DNA of 64,000 nt from Geosiphon pyriformis uo1 (lineage: Eukaryota > Fungi > Glomeromycota): NCBI GenBank assembly GCA_016748015.1, contig JAAOMT010000436.1:754033-818032 (forward strand), written 5' to 3'. The stretch's first letter is position 1, and the number at the start of each line of letters is the position of its first letter. The translations under genes and the position numbers were made by a program. Positions 27,196-40,363 of the stretch are shown here, piece after piece. The notes under the pieces are model-generated. The model searched no databases. It was not told the origin of the DNA and worked only from the letters and a program-made list of their open reading frames with translations.

Positions 27196-28477
27196 ATATC
27201 ATACGTTTTATTTCGTTTCATCTGAAAAAACGCCACTTTGCATATCAAAATGTGATACGATACCAGGCTTTTTGAAAAGAAAATTTGTTTAATCTCTTCT
27301 CATTTCAATCAACAAACAAAAAATATACCACAATACGTCACTTATGAAAAGTGTGAGAATCAAATAACGAATTAAAAATGCCCGTTTTTAAATTTTTTTT
27401 TTTTTCGAGATTTACGAAAAAAAACAAAGATAGAAAAAAAATCAAATCAAATCAACATTCCGATAACAGGTTTTTCAATAATGATTTTTTTTTTTTACTT
27501 GTAACTCAAAACTATTATGATGATGATGATCTTTTTTTTCCTAATTTTCCTGGTTTTCCTATTCCTGGTTTCATGAAAAAAAAAAAAAAAAATACGAAAT
27601 CAAAAATTTAAGAAATATTGTCATTTAACTTTAATATTATAACTTTTGTTTTTTAATATTATTTTTAATATTATTAATTTTTATTTTTATTTTTATTTTT
27701 ATTTTTATTTTTATTTTTATTTTTATTTGTTATTAAGGATTAATCATGAATTAAAGTTCAAAAAATATAAAAAATAGATTTCAATTTTAAAAATAATAAT
27801 TGAAAATCTTTATTTATTTAATTTGATTATTTTATTTTTTTAAAAAAGTGAGATTTTTTTATTATTTATACAGATTCCAATGTTAAAAATCAATTATAAA
27901 TGTGAATTATATAGTTTTAAAATGTAACCAATCATTTAGACTTATATATATTAAAATTATATTATATTGTTTTTACATAAAAATAATTTAAATTTTGGTT
28001 ATTTAAAACAAAAAAATTTTTGATTTTGATTTTGATTTTAATATATTAAAATTAAAATTAAACTTAATTAAATTTTACAATATTATTAAATAATTATATT
28101 TTTATTATTAATAAAATTTTTATTTATTTGTTTGTTTATTTGTTTGTTTGTTTGTTTATTTGTTTGTTTGTTTTTTTGTTTGTTAACAAAAAAAATTACT
28201 TGAATTATTAAAGTTTTTAATAGATTTTATTGGTTTGATTTTAAAAAAAAATTAAAACCAATAAAACAGTTTATAAAAAATTTTAAATATAAAAATTTTT
28301 TTGAAAAATAAATTTTAATAATTTAAAAAAAAAAATTGTTTTTATAATTAAATGTAAAAATAATTTAAATTTTAAAAAATTATAATAATATTAATATTTA
28401 AATTTTTTTTTATTAAATATAATATTTTATTTTTTGTATATTAATTTGCTAACTTAATATTTTATACTAAAATATTT

Positions 28478-28537
<60 letters not shown>

Positions 28538-29489
28538 GGCAAGAATATCAGAAATTCTAATAATAACTTAAAAAAATTGTAAAAATTTTAAAAATTTTAT
28601 ATTATAAAGATTTATGTATATATAACAAAAATAATAAAAGCCCAAAAAATATTATTATTTAACAAGATAATAGATAAGCTTATTTTGAGATCAGTTTAGT
28701 TCTTTTTACTTTTATTAACAACTATAAATTAATTAAACTACTTAATAAAAACTTTAATTTTATTTATTAATTAATAAATTCAAAATTATTATATTAAAAC
28801 TTATATTATTATTATATTAATATTATTTATCTTCATAATAACTACTTAACAATATTAGAACAATAATTTTTAATCACAGCTATTAATAAGATATTAATTA
28901 TTATTTTAATATTTTAATATTTTTGTTTTATTTTAAATTACTAATTAATTACAAAAAAAGTATTAAAATTATAATATCAAAATTTGCCTGGTAAAAAATA
29001 TTAGAAAAAAGTATAAATATAATTAAAAAATTAAGATTGCTTACCAAAAAAATATAAATATTAAAATAAATTGATTATTAAGTTGAAAAAAATATCAAAT
29101 TTATTATTAATTAAATAAAAATTAAAATTACTTTTTTATTTTTATTTTTTTAATATTATTATTTTTAATAATACATAAAAAACAATTGCTAATTACCAAA
29201 AAATTTTAAGTAAATAGTTTTTATTTTGGTATTTAATATTTTTTTTAAATTGTTTTTAATTTTTTATATAGTTTTATTAATATAAAATTAATTTTTAAAA
29301 ACAATATAAAATTGTTTTATATAAAGTTTATTTTCTAATTTTTTTTTGAATTTTATTATTTAAATTAAATTAAAAATTAAATTAAAATTTATGAATTTTA
29401 AATATATTTTAAGTAATTTAAATTAAAATTTATTAAAATTCATAAATAATTTATTAACTTTATAAAAGTTTTTATTAAATTAATTATTT

Positions 29490-31991
29490 TTTTATTTTTT
29501 TTATCTTATTTTAATAAGTAAAATCCAATTGCTATCTAGTATATAAAACCAAATTAAATACAATTTATGTACTTTTTACATGTGACTAGCCATTTGAACC
29601 AAATAAGACAACACTATATATTTATATAAATTTTCAAATTACTATCTAATCCAAAGAAAAACAAATACAATTTGCACTTACTAAAACTAACAATAAATAA
29701 TTTAATTAATTCTAAAAAATAAACCATACTATTTGACAAATCAACCATCTGACAAATCAACTATCAAGCCAACAGCCAGACCAGAATTTATACTTTTATT
29801 ATCTATCAAACTTACTCTTTCTATATTTGCTCTGAATTTTAATTTAACAAGCCAAATTTTTGAACAATAAAATTCTACCAATTGTTTATGAAAACAACTA
29901 TAGTATTTAAAGCTTTTTTTTTGCTATTAAAAGTTATTACAGTTTTCAAATATTATTTTTTTAACACAAATTTTTTATAAATCAAAACATACAAATCTAC
30001 ATTAACTAAATATTCAAAAAAAATTTTTAATACAACAGAAAAAAAAATACCAGTATTTATTAAAAAAATCCAGATACCAAAGAGCTTAATTAAAATTTTT
30101 TTATAAATAATAACATTTTTAGAATAAGTAAAAGCATAATCTGGAAATTTCACCTTCTTATAAAACAAACATAATACTCCAAAGTATCTCTTATTATATA
30201 GTCTCTTTTTAATTATTACAGACAAATATTTATGAACAGTTTTTATTAAATATATACAGATTGGCAGACTTCTTACTTATAAAACCAGAAAACATATGTA
30301 AATTAAAATGCTATATTTTTACAGTAGATGACCAATCTACTTTTTAAATCAACTTATCCAAAATCATATTTTAGCCAAGACTATTTTTTCAATAAGCATA
30401 ATATATAATTTTATATATATTATAAATAAAATAATAAACATTGCTAGAAACAACCATGTTTTTAATTACAATAAAACATTCATAAATTCTACTTAGCAGA
30501 AACAAAGAGAAATTTACAATCTTATTTATTATTTAATTTATTTTAATATTGCCTAAAATATTTAAATAGTTCTTAAACTTAATTTACCTAACTATAAAAT
30601 TTTGTTTTTTATTAAATTATTAATATGTCTTCTTTTTGTCTAATATTAATTGCAAAAATCTGTATGTTAAGTTCAGCCTCACAAACACATATATTAATAG
30701 CAGCTTAATTATACAAATATAAAGCCATCATATAAAAAACAGAATACACTTCAAAGACAAAACAACAGTCTGTAATTTGGCTATTGTAAATAACAAATAT
30801 TATATACTTTGATATCAACTCTCATATCTAATGCTGAAAAGTATATTGTAATTCTACAAGTTACTTTTATAGAACTCAAATTTCTTAATAATTTGTTAGT
30901 ATATATATTAACAACATTTGTCGAAATCTCATGTAAACATTTATCAATATTAGAAAACTTATTAGATTCCAAAACACTCAACTTATTTGATTCATTAGTA
31001 CAATTAGAATTAACTATCAAAAAAGTAATATTATAAAAAAACTTTGAGACTAATTTAAACCAAAATAATACAAAGCTTTTAAGATCTAATTTTTTTCAAT
31101 AATAAAACATTTTCCAATTTATTATATTGCCATACTTATTTAAAAATCTATTATTAAATACCACATTAAATTTTTTTTAAAAGCAAATTAAATTATAGTA
31201 CAAAAATTTTCTAAGACTACAAAATACATTAAGCAGCTTGCTATTTAGAGATAAATCATTAATTAAAAAAATTTTCACCATTTTTGCCAAAAAATTGTTA
31301 ATAAAACTAACATATAACTTAATGAGATATTACAATAAATTCAAAAGAGTTTAGTCTAAAATCTGCAAATTCAAATGCCTATAATTAAACAACTGTCTAA
31401 GAATGTTTGAAAAATTAACAAAAAATACTACTGATACTAATTTGATTTCAGCTTGTATTTGTTCAAAAGATCTTAAGCCATATAAAAATATATAATACAG
31501 TGTCTTACTAGGAAAGTTATATAGCAAATTAGTCTTAAACTTGAGACTCTTCTTAATTATAATGTCTTATTTATGATACATACTTAATAAGACAAAACTA
31601 AATTAAAATTTATAACAAATTATGGGGTGCAAAACAGCTAACACCAAATAAAAAAACTGTTTATCTATAATAGTCTTCCTAAGCACTATATTGACAAAAA
31701 ACTGAATATTAGAATAAGTCTTAATTAAACTTGGCTTAAACAATTTTTTAGTTAACAAAAAGATATTTAAATATCTGTATGTTTTTCTCTTCTTAACAAT
31801 AGAAATTGGCAAGCCACTAATTTTCAAAAAAGCAATCTTAATATTTTAATTAATAAGAATAGCCACTGTTTTTTTATTGTTGATTAAAATATTATTAACC
31901 ATAAAAAATTTATTAACTATGTTCAAAACATATTATAGAGAAACTTAATTATTTCTAATTCAAATTGTATTAACAACAAATACATTAGCAA
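29490..31991 (-). mobile_element. 3' half of a formerly full-length LINE split by the Gypsy insertion
   Basis: T-tail ~29490, 3' UTR motif 29560-29613, ORF2 stop ~29614, zf, RNase H and RT C-terminal fragments (ORFs 29953-30225, 30781-31020, 31603-31827). Confidence 0.9.
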
Positions 31992-32816
31992 TGTTATTCA
32001 TAGAATATAGGAAAGATACTAGCATAAATTAGCCAATCAGAAGTAGGTACAGTAAATGTGGAATTCCAGAATTCCTTTTAAAGGAATTACAGGATTCCAA
32101 AAATTTTAGAATTCTTGTACAAGGAATCACAGGATTCCAAAATTCCAGGATTCCTTTCAAAGAAATTGAGGAATTTCAATTATGTATATATAGCAATAGT
32201 GCTAAAAGTAAAAAAGACAGAATCCTTTAATTAGAGATCTTTCAGTTTAGATTTAATTTAAGCAACTTTCCATTCACAAATATTAAATAAATAATTATCC
32301 ACTATCTCAATCCACCCTCCACTATCAACACTTCATATTGATAGCAATTGATACTTAAAAACACTAGAACAATAGCTCTTGATCATGGCTATTGATGAGA
32401 TACTAACTTGCAATTGCTTTCACTTATTTCTTTATTTTTTTCTTTATTTTTTTTTTTTTTTTGTTGTGATCTTATTGTTGTGTACTAATTGATTGAAGAT
32501 TAAAGTGCTGAATTATTGACATCACAGATAGCCTGGTAAAAGACTCAAAGATAAGAGTAAGAATATATATATTAATGGATAGCTTACCAGAAGAGCATGA
32601 CTGCCAGATTAAACCAGCCACCACACTGAAGACAGAAATTGGGAAAACAATTCACCAACCACATTGTCATCAAATCTTTGTCTATTATACAAAGAACTCA
32701 ACTCTAAAACCTTTAGATACAATTAATATACCAGTATTACCAGCATTATCAAGATATTAAGCACCAAGTTACGGATTTGTTATTTGATTTGAGACCCCAA
32801 ATAATCATCTGTAATA
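31992..32816 (+). repeat. 5' LTR (825 bp)
   Basis: TGTTAT...GTAATA (decayed TGTTAC...GTAACA); direct repeat of 44156-45030. Confidence 0.95.
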
Positions 32817-32818
32817 TT

Positions 32819-32833
32819 TGGTGCTCTTTGTGA
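32819..32833 (+). promoter_or_regulatory. tRNA primer-binding site TGGTGCTCTTTGTGA
   Basis: Starts 2 nt after the LTR with TGG, complementary to tRNA CCA. The primer identity cannot be fixed here; an ending like ...CUCAC-nnn-GAGCACCA is compatible with elongator Met or Ile(UAU) tRNAs. Confidence 0.85.
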
Positions 32834-32878
32834 AATATAATCCTACAGAGAACCAGCACTAACTAAAACCATCCAAAA

Positions 32879-35800
32879 GTGGCAGAATCAGAATCAATAG
32901 GAGCAAACCATTTAGGATTTGTAAAATCCTTATTTCAACACTACTGTCAACATTTGGGATTAAACCATAATCACATATCAGCAGAATTAGCCTTCAATTT
33001 TTACATCAACAAGAGAATTGCCTATCTGTTAGAGACTTCAGTAAATACCAAATCAGTAAGGAAAACCTTTTACAACAAATTAATTCAAAACATTAGTCTA
33101 CTAATAAACCACAATTTTGCATCTATCATCACAAAAATCAATAAAGAAATTGAATATTACATCCAACAAAAATATCCAATTACATATGTCAGTAAAAGAA
33201 AAAAAAAACTGCAAACACCAGCAGTGACACTCCAAAGAATACAACCACTCACTTGAAAGAAAACCAAAGTTAAATTATCAACCAATCCATCATACTACTA
33301 TATACCTAGAAATACCATCAATATTTTATCAACAGACATGTCCACATTAAACGTAACATCAACATTTGGATGATTTCCATTTCAAAGTAAATAAAAGAAA
33401 GTAGAATTACTAAGAACTTATAGTAATTATTTTGAAAGATTTAAATTGTGATCGTCAATGCCATCAGGATTCTAATTATCACCATCACAACCAGATTTTG
33501 GAAATGCAAGTCCCTGGAAGATAACGGAATCAGATGAAAAAAAAAAAGAAGTTGAAGATCAAGAATTTATTTATCAGAACCTGATTTCAGAAAATTCAGA
33601 CATTGAAACCCCGAACTTTCAGACTTAGTAAAATACAAATTTAGAAAACCCAGAAATCAAAACTCCAAATTTTCAAACACAGTACAATCAGAACAATTAA
33701 AACCATGACATTAATAATCAACACCACTTATCTCCAGAAATTGTCATCAATCCACCACTAGTTGACACATTATGACAACCACTACCACAACCTCTGATTT
33801 AATTATCACAACAACAACAACAACCAAACTTGGATCCAATGGCCTACACTCCAATAGCAAAACTCAAGAAGTTCACTGATAAAGAAGACGATGCCCAAAT
33901 ATGGCTTAACAACATTGAAAAAACAATCATAGCCAATAGATAGAACAATGCAAGAGCACTTCAAGCCATCTCCTATTTCTTACAGGATACTGCCAACTCA
34001 TGATATCAAAGTTTAGCTGCCAAACCTTAAACATTTCAGGAATTTAAAGTTGCATTCTTAGGATATTTCAGTAACAATAATAGCATTAACAGGCTAACAA
34101 ATATCTTCACTATCATTAAACAAGGGGAAACTGAAGCAGTTACTACTTATTTAGGATGCTTCCACAGAAATCTGCACCAGATTCAAGCCATCAATGTCAA
34201 TTATTTTATAGTGGTCCAAATCCTAAATTAGTTTATTTGTGAATTATGCAGTAGCATTCTACAATGTATACATCCAATGCATTCCATTGATCTGCAAACA
34301 GCCATTACAAATGTCAGAGATTTTAAAGCTGCTGAATTAGAGACCAATCATGCCCAAACAGTAAATCTAATAATGAACAGATCATCTGACTTGGATTCCA
34401 AATTGAAGTAATTTAGCAAATTAATAAATCAAAAATTAGAGAGATACTTAGCTAACAATAATCAAGCAATCTATCAAACCCCACAGTAATGCAATAATTA
34501 AGAAAACTCTAATCATTTCCATAATCAATCACGTCCAACATCATCAACCAATCAACAGTAACAACAGAAACACATGTTTGTCACTATTGTGGTAAACAAA
34601 AACACTTACAAATTGACTGCCACTGTCACTTGAATAATCAACAATCAGAAAATCAATATCAAAACTCTGAATACTGGTTTCAAACTCCAGATAACCCACT
34701 AAATTCAGAGCCATATTATTAGAATTACCTGCTAATAACACAGCAGCCAATTTATCAAATACCAGTATATCAATCTCCAATTTATCAACCACAATCACCA
34801 GCAACATATTAACTGCAGCCACCAGTAATTTATCAATCCCAACAACTTTAAACACCACCACCAAACCCAGCTTAAATGACATCAGGAAATCCCAGATTGA
34901 GAGTTACTCAAAACTAGAGATTGGCAATGGTTGTTCACCAACTGATCCCCAGTTTCTCTTACCAACCAACAAGACCATGCTCTCAGAATTTGAAAACCAA
35001 GCATGCCCAAAATCCAAATTCCCAACACTATTTAAGTCTTCTAGTTACCTCAGAAGATGTCATCTCCAACAATCTAAAACCCAACCAGAAACAGCCACTT
35101 ATCAGCAATATTCCACCAGCAACCATCTTTAATGACAAATCTTTAGCAGCTATTTTTTCTTTCGAACTTAAGAAAACCACATCAGTTTCATTATTCAGTA
35201 GAGCCACTCTTGACATCAAACCAATCACTATTATGTACACTAATGCAAAAATTGATGGCCACGCCATCAAACTGATTCTAGATAGTGGATCAGCTGACAG
35301 CATCATTACCAAGCAACTCATAGATTAGGTTGCTGAGTTAACTGTACTGCCAGTGCCAAAATCATTACAGCCAATGGAATGACTAAAATTCTTATTGGTA
35401 AAATAAATGACTTCCTGATTGAAGTCAATAGCATCACAGTACCAATCAAAGTTCTGGTCATGAAAGCTACTTAGTACCAAGCTCTAATTGGTAATGACTG
35501 GCTATTCAAAACCAATGCAATGCTTGACTAGACAACACAAGAGTTGCAAATCAGTTAGAATGGCCAACACATATGAGTACCAGCAACATGTGATTATTTC
35601 AAACTTAGTATTAAGACACGACCACTTATTGATTTTGAAGAAGAAAAAAAGAAATCTATCTGGGAAGCTTATCAGGTCTCATGGACTGACAGCAATCACA
35701 ATGAACTATCACCAATACTATTTTGGGATGACAACAACAAAAGAAAACAGAAGGAAAAACTTATCTGAAACACTGACCAAGCCTGAAAAACTAACAATAA

Positions 35801-38800
35801 CCAGGAAAAACTAATAAATTGGAAGTGGGAAGAAAATAAAAAGGGAAAAGGAAAGAGGAAGAAAAAAGAAACAACACCTGACAGCACCACTACTTATAAT
35901 TTCTACACTATACCCCAATGATCCACTTATTGCTGCCCAAAACTAGTATGCATCAATTGTGGCAAGAAATTGTTATTAATAAATGCTTGTTATGGTAATA
36001 ATAAAAAATACACTTTGGCAACCAAATTCTACTATTGCCCATGCATTATTAAACACTTTGGAAAACCAAAATAAGTTGGAAAATGGGACAATAAACCATG
36101 CTTGGCTTGTAGAGAAACTCTCCCAGACGAAAAAATATGGAATGATATTCCTAGATAAAAAGGAATGTGTGATGAAATATGTCAGTATACAATTCTAATC
36201 AACAACTGGATATGCAAGGGCACACCAATCAATGATGTCTGAAAATGAACATTGTGACAATTGAAAGGATACTTCCATAATAAACACGAATTATGGAGAA
36301 TGGTGAGTGTGAAAACAGAAGGCACAACAACAGTGAACTACTAAAAATCAAAAACAATTCTTTATCTCTTCCTAAACCCGAATACGTCCAAACTTTTGAC
36401 ATCTTTGGCAATATTGAAGATGACCCAGAAGAATTTTATGAACATTACCAGTGTTTAGCATCCACTAGGGAAGAACAAGAGCAGCATTTAGAACAGTTGA
36501 ATACTTGATTATGTCAACATTGTTTAATTCTCTGTGACTTTTAAAATTGTAATAAGTGTGATTTTATTTACAATCCATTGATCTGTATGATTTATACAAT
36601 CTCAGAAGAGGAGAAACCAATCAGCAGCTGTACATTGAAATTAGGATCAACTTTCAATCCTGATTCAAACTCTGACAATAACAACAACAAAAACAATGGT
36701 TTTAGCTCCACTCGATCAGACAAGAAAAATAATGGCAATTTAGATTTCAATTTAAATTCCAAAACATACATTACGCTTCCTGACTTTTTCAAGGAACAAG
36801 AACTCAAATAGTATAGCAACAACAATAAAAGCATCATGCCAGAATGTGCACATGATACAGATGCAGGGTTTAATCTAAGATATCCAGAAAAAGATCTCAT
36901 CAAATTGAAACTTCATTTGCGTATCTGTATTGATCTCAAAATAGTACTGGAAATTCTAACAACAACAATAGTACAATTAGCATCTAGAAGTAGCTTAGCT
37001 AAAAAGGAAATCAACATCAGAGAAGGAATAATTGACACAGGATATGTAGAAAATATCATTGCAATGCTACAAAATGATTCAGAAAAAACATATACCATAG
37101 ACCCAAATGAAAAAATAGCCCAGGCAATATTCTTATCTCTGGTGAAAGTAGCTTAGTTAGTGTTAGTGAGAAACAAGAAAAAATTAGGAATAACAGTAAG
37201 ATGGATATAAAGATTCGGATTCACAGATAAAATAAATGTACCAGTTAATATGACAGAGGAAAAAATTATTGACAAGAGAAAAATTATCTCTATTTGTCAA
37301 TTAATTTCTATTCTATCATATGACCAGTATATGTTAGTCATAAAAAGAGAAGTAAAGAATCAAGTTCAATTGTTTGAAGCAGAAGCTAACATATGTGAAT
37401 CAGGAAAAATTGGACTCACTAATCTTTACATATTAGCCAAAAGTCCCAAAAACATCAAAATTCCCATCTACAATACAACCAGAGATGTCATTGAAATACC
37501 AAAAAGAACCATCATTGGATATTTAACCACTGAAGTTAAGGATCAACAACCCAACTACATTCCAGATTTTTTACAGTTTTGTGAATATGTGGATATCACA
37601 TCACAAACCATTTATGGACAAAGTAAATGTTATCTGCTCCAACTGGAACAATTGGAACAGATAAATTTAAGAAACTTAGACCCACATCAATAGATACAAC
37701 TTAAGATATTACTCAACAATTTCAATAACATCTTTGCCAATGAAGATGAATTTGGCAGAATTAGCATAATTCAGCATCAGATCAAGACTAGAAATGCAAT
37801 GTCAATAAAACAAAGAGCATATAGAGTACCACCAGCCAGTCATGAGATTATTCATCAAAAAATTAACTGAATGCTTGACAACAGGCTAATTCAGCCATTA
37901 ATAAGCCCATGGTTATTACCAGTAGTACTAGTTTAGAAGAAAAATAGAAAGATCCGTTTTTGTGTGGATTATTGAAAACTGAATAGAGTAACTAAAGATG
38001 ATAGCTATTCAACTCCAAAGATCTAAGAACTATTCAATGCTTTTGGAGGAAATAAATGGTTCTTGACACTGGATTTAGATAGTGATTACTGGCAAGTAGC
38101 CATGAAACCAGAAGACAAAAAGAAAACAGCTTTTATAACTCGAGAAGGAAACTTTGAATTCGAAGTAATGTCATTTGGCTTGATAAATGCTCCAGCCACT
38201 TTCCAGTGACTTATGAAAATTGTTTATACTGGGCTACTATGGAAATCAGTCATTGTATACTTGAATGACACCAATGTGTTCTTAAAAACATTTGATGATC
38301 ATTTGCATCATCTCCAACAAGTGTTTGAAAGACTAAGAAGAGTCGGATTAAAGCTAAATGCAACCAAATGTTTCTTTGGAAAAACTGAACTCAAGTTTTT
38401 GGGACATATTGTGAGCAAAAACAGAATCAAAACAGATCCAGACAAAATTGAAATTGTCAAGAACTTTTTAGTACCAAATAATCTCACAGAATTAAGAACA
38501 TTCTTGGGATTTACTGGATACTACTGCTGCTTTATCAAGGACTTTTTCAAAATAGCTCAACCATTACACCAACTCCAAACAAAGAATGTGAAGTACAAAT
38601 GGACAGAAAACCAACAAGAAACTTTTGACATATTAAGAAAAAAGCTTATTCAAGCTTCAGTATTGATGTATTCAGATCACAACAAATCATTCATCATTAC
38701 TACTAATGCATCAAGCCAAGCATTGGGAGCAGTACTATTACAGAGAAAACCAGATGGAAGAGAGCATCCAGTAGCTTATGCCAGTAGAAGCTTAAGTCCA

Positions 38801-40363
38801 GCTGAAAAGAACTATGGAACTTTAGTACTGAAACACTTAGCTATTTATTGGGCTGTCATCAAATAGAAAGAATACTTGAGTCAGAAGTTTGACATATATA
38901 CTGATTACAAAGGATTGACTTCAATTCAGAAACAAGAATTTGGAAATGATTGCCATGCCAAATAGAAAATAGAACTGTTACCATTTAATTATACAGTACA
39001 TTATAAAAAGGGAAAAGACAATGGAAATGCCGACAGTTTGTCATGAATGAGACAAATCTAAAAACATGTTAACCCAAAAATATAACAAAAAATGAATATA
39101 CAAAAATACCAACAACTCCAATATTATATAAATACCCAATTGTTCAAGAAGAAATTATCTCAAAAAGAACAAAACAAATAAAACAACAATTAAAATATTT
39201 TATCAGTCATCAAAATATACTGTACCAGAAAAACAGAAGAAATCCAGACCAGTCAACAAGAGTAATTACAGAACCAGAGAAAGAGACAATATTGTTCAAT
39301 ATGCACTCAGAGCCAACAGCAGGACATTTTCATAAAGAAGCAATTATAAAAAAAACTAGAAAAAAGTATTATTAGCCATTAATGTATCCAGACATCATTC
39401 AGTATGTTCAAAATTGTGATGCTTGTTAGAGAAGAGGAGGAACAAAACTCAGTGAACCATTGAGACCAATCAAAGTGGAACAACCATTTAATCACATTGG
39501 AATTAACTTAGTCAGATCATTAACAATCACCAGTAGAGGCAACAAATATATTGCAGTAGCCATGGACTATTTCACTAAATGGCCAGAAGCAAAAGCCATT
39601 CAAAGAGCAGATGCAGAATTCATTGCCAAATTCATTCATCAAAATCTGATCTGTTAATATGGATGTCCAAAAAAATTATTATCTGATCAAGGAATTCATT
39701 TTGTGAATAGAACATTAGTAGAATTAAGCCAAAAATTTGGAATAAAAAGACCATTATCATCACCATATCATCCACAAACAAATGGATTAGTCGAAAGATT
39801 CAACAGAACACTGTGTGAAACAATAGCCAAAATCAGCCAAAAAAACCAGAACAAATAAGATTTAATTATACCATCAGTATTATTTGCATATCAAACAATA
39901 AAGCAAAACACTATACAAGCAACACTATTTGAATTAGTATATAGTAGAACAGCAACATTACCAGTTGAGATAAAAGTCAAAACATATCCAACAGAACCAA
40001 TAACAGAAGAAAATTTTCAAAGAATATTGTTAAGAAGAACATATGACTTAATGGAAACATTGGAAAACAAACCAAAAAAAGCAGCTGATAACATTTAAAA
40101 GTCACAAGAGAAACAAAAAGAAAGACATGATAACCAATTATCAGATAAACCAGTTGAATTCAAGATTGGAGACAAAGTACTTTTACATCATACTAAAGCA
40201 GAAAAACAATGGAATAGAAAATTTAACCCCAAATAAGACAGACCATTTTACATAGAAGAAATTCTTGGAAATGAAGCTTATAAATTAAGATGAGACAACA
40301 AAATCTTAGCCAAAGCAGCACATGGTAATTGATTGAAACCATATTACCATATAATATCATCAT
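32879..40363 (+). pseudogene. Gag-Pol polyprotein remnant: N-terminal domain, capsid (from 33839), CCHC knuckle (34579), YQP repeats, aspartic protease (DSG, 35281), Cys-rich region, dUTPase, RT, RNase H, integrase
   Basis: CHYCGKQKHLQIDC; LILDSGS; VYLNDT, KCFF, FLGHIV; ASSQALGAVLLQ, PVAYASR; MDYFTKWPEA, SDQG, YHPQTNGLVERFNR. The knuckle and protease are in the same frame. The last codons resume after the insert at 43335-43442. Confidence 0.93.
36836..37230 (+). pseudogene. dUTPase domain within pol
   Basis: Motif 1 AGFNL (AGFDL), motif 2 SRSSLAKKEI, motif 3 GIIDTGY, motif 4 EKIAQAIF, and a decayed motif 5 (..RFGFT from GFGST) near 37210. Confidence 0.9.

Noticed and set aside
28540-29480. 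Possible additional eroded LTR or TE
   Set aside because: Too degenerate; no termini, TSD or partner copy could be supported within the window.
34920-35135. Programmed gag-pol frameshift
   Set aside because: The zinc knuckle, YQP repeats and protease read in one frame once C>T stops are ignored; the shift near 34565 looks like a decay indel.
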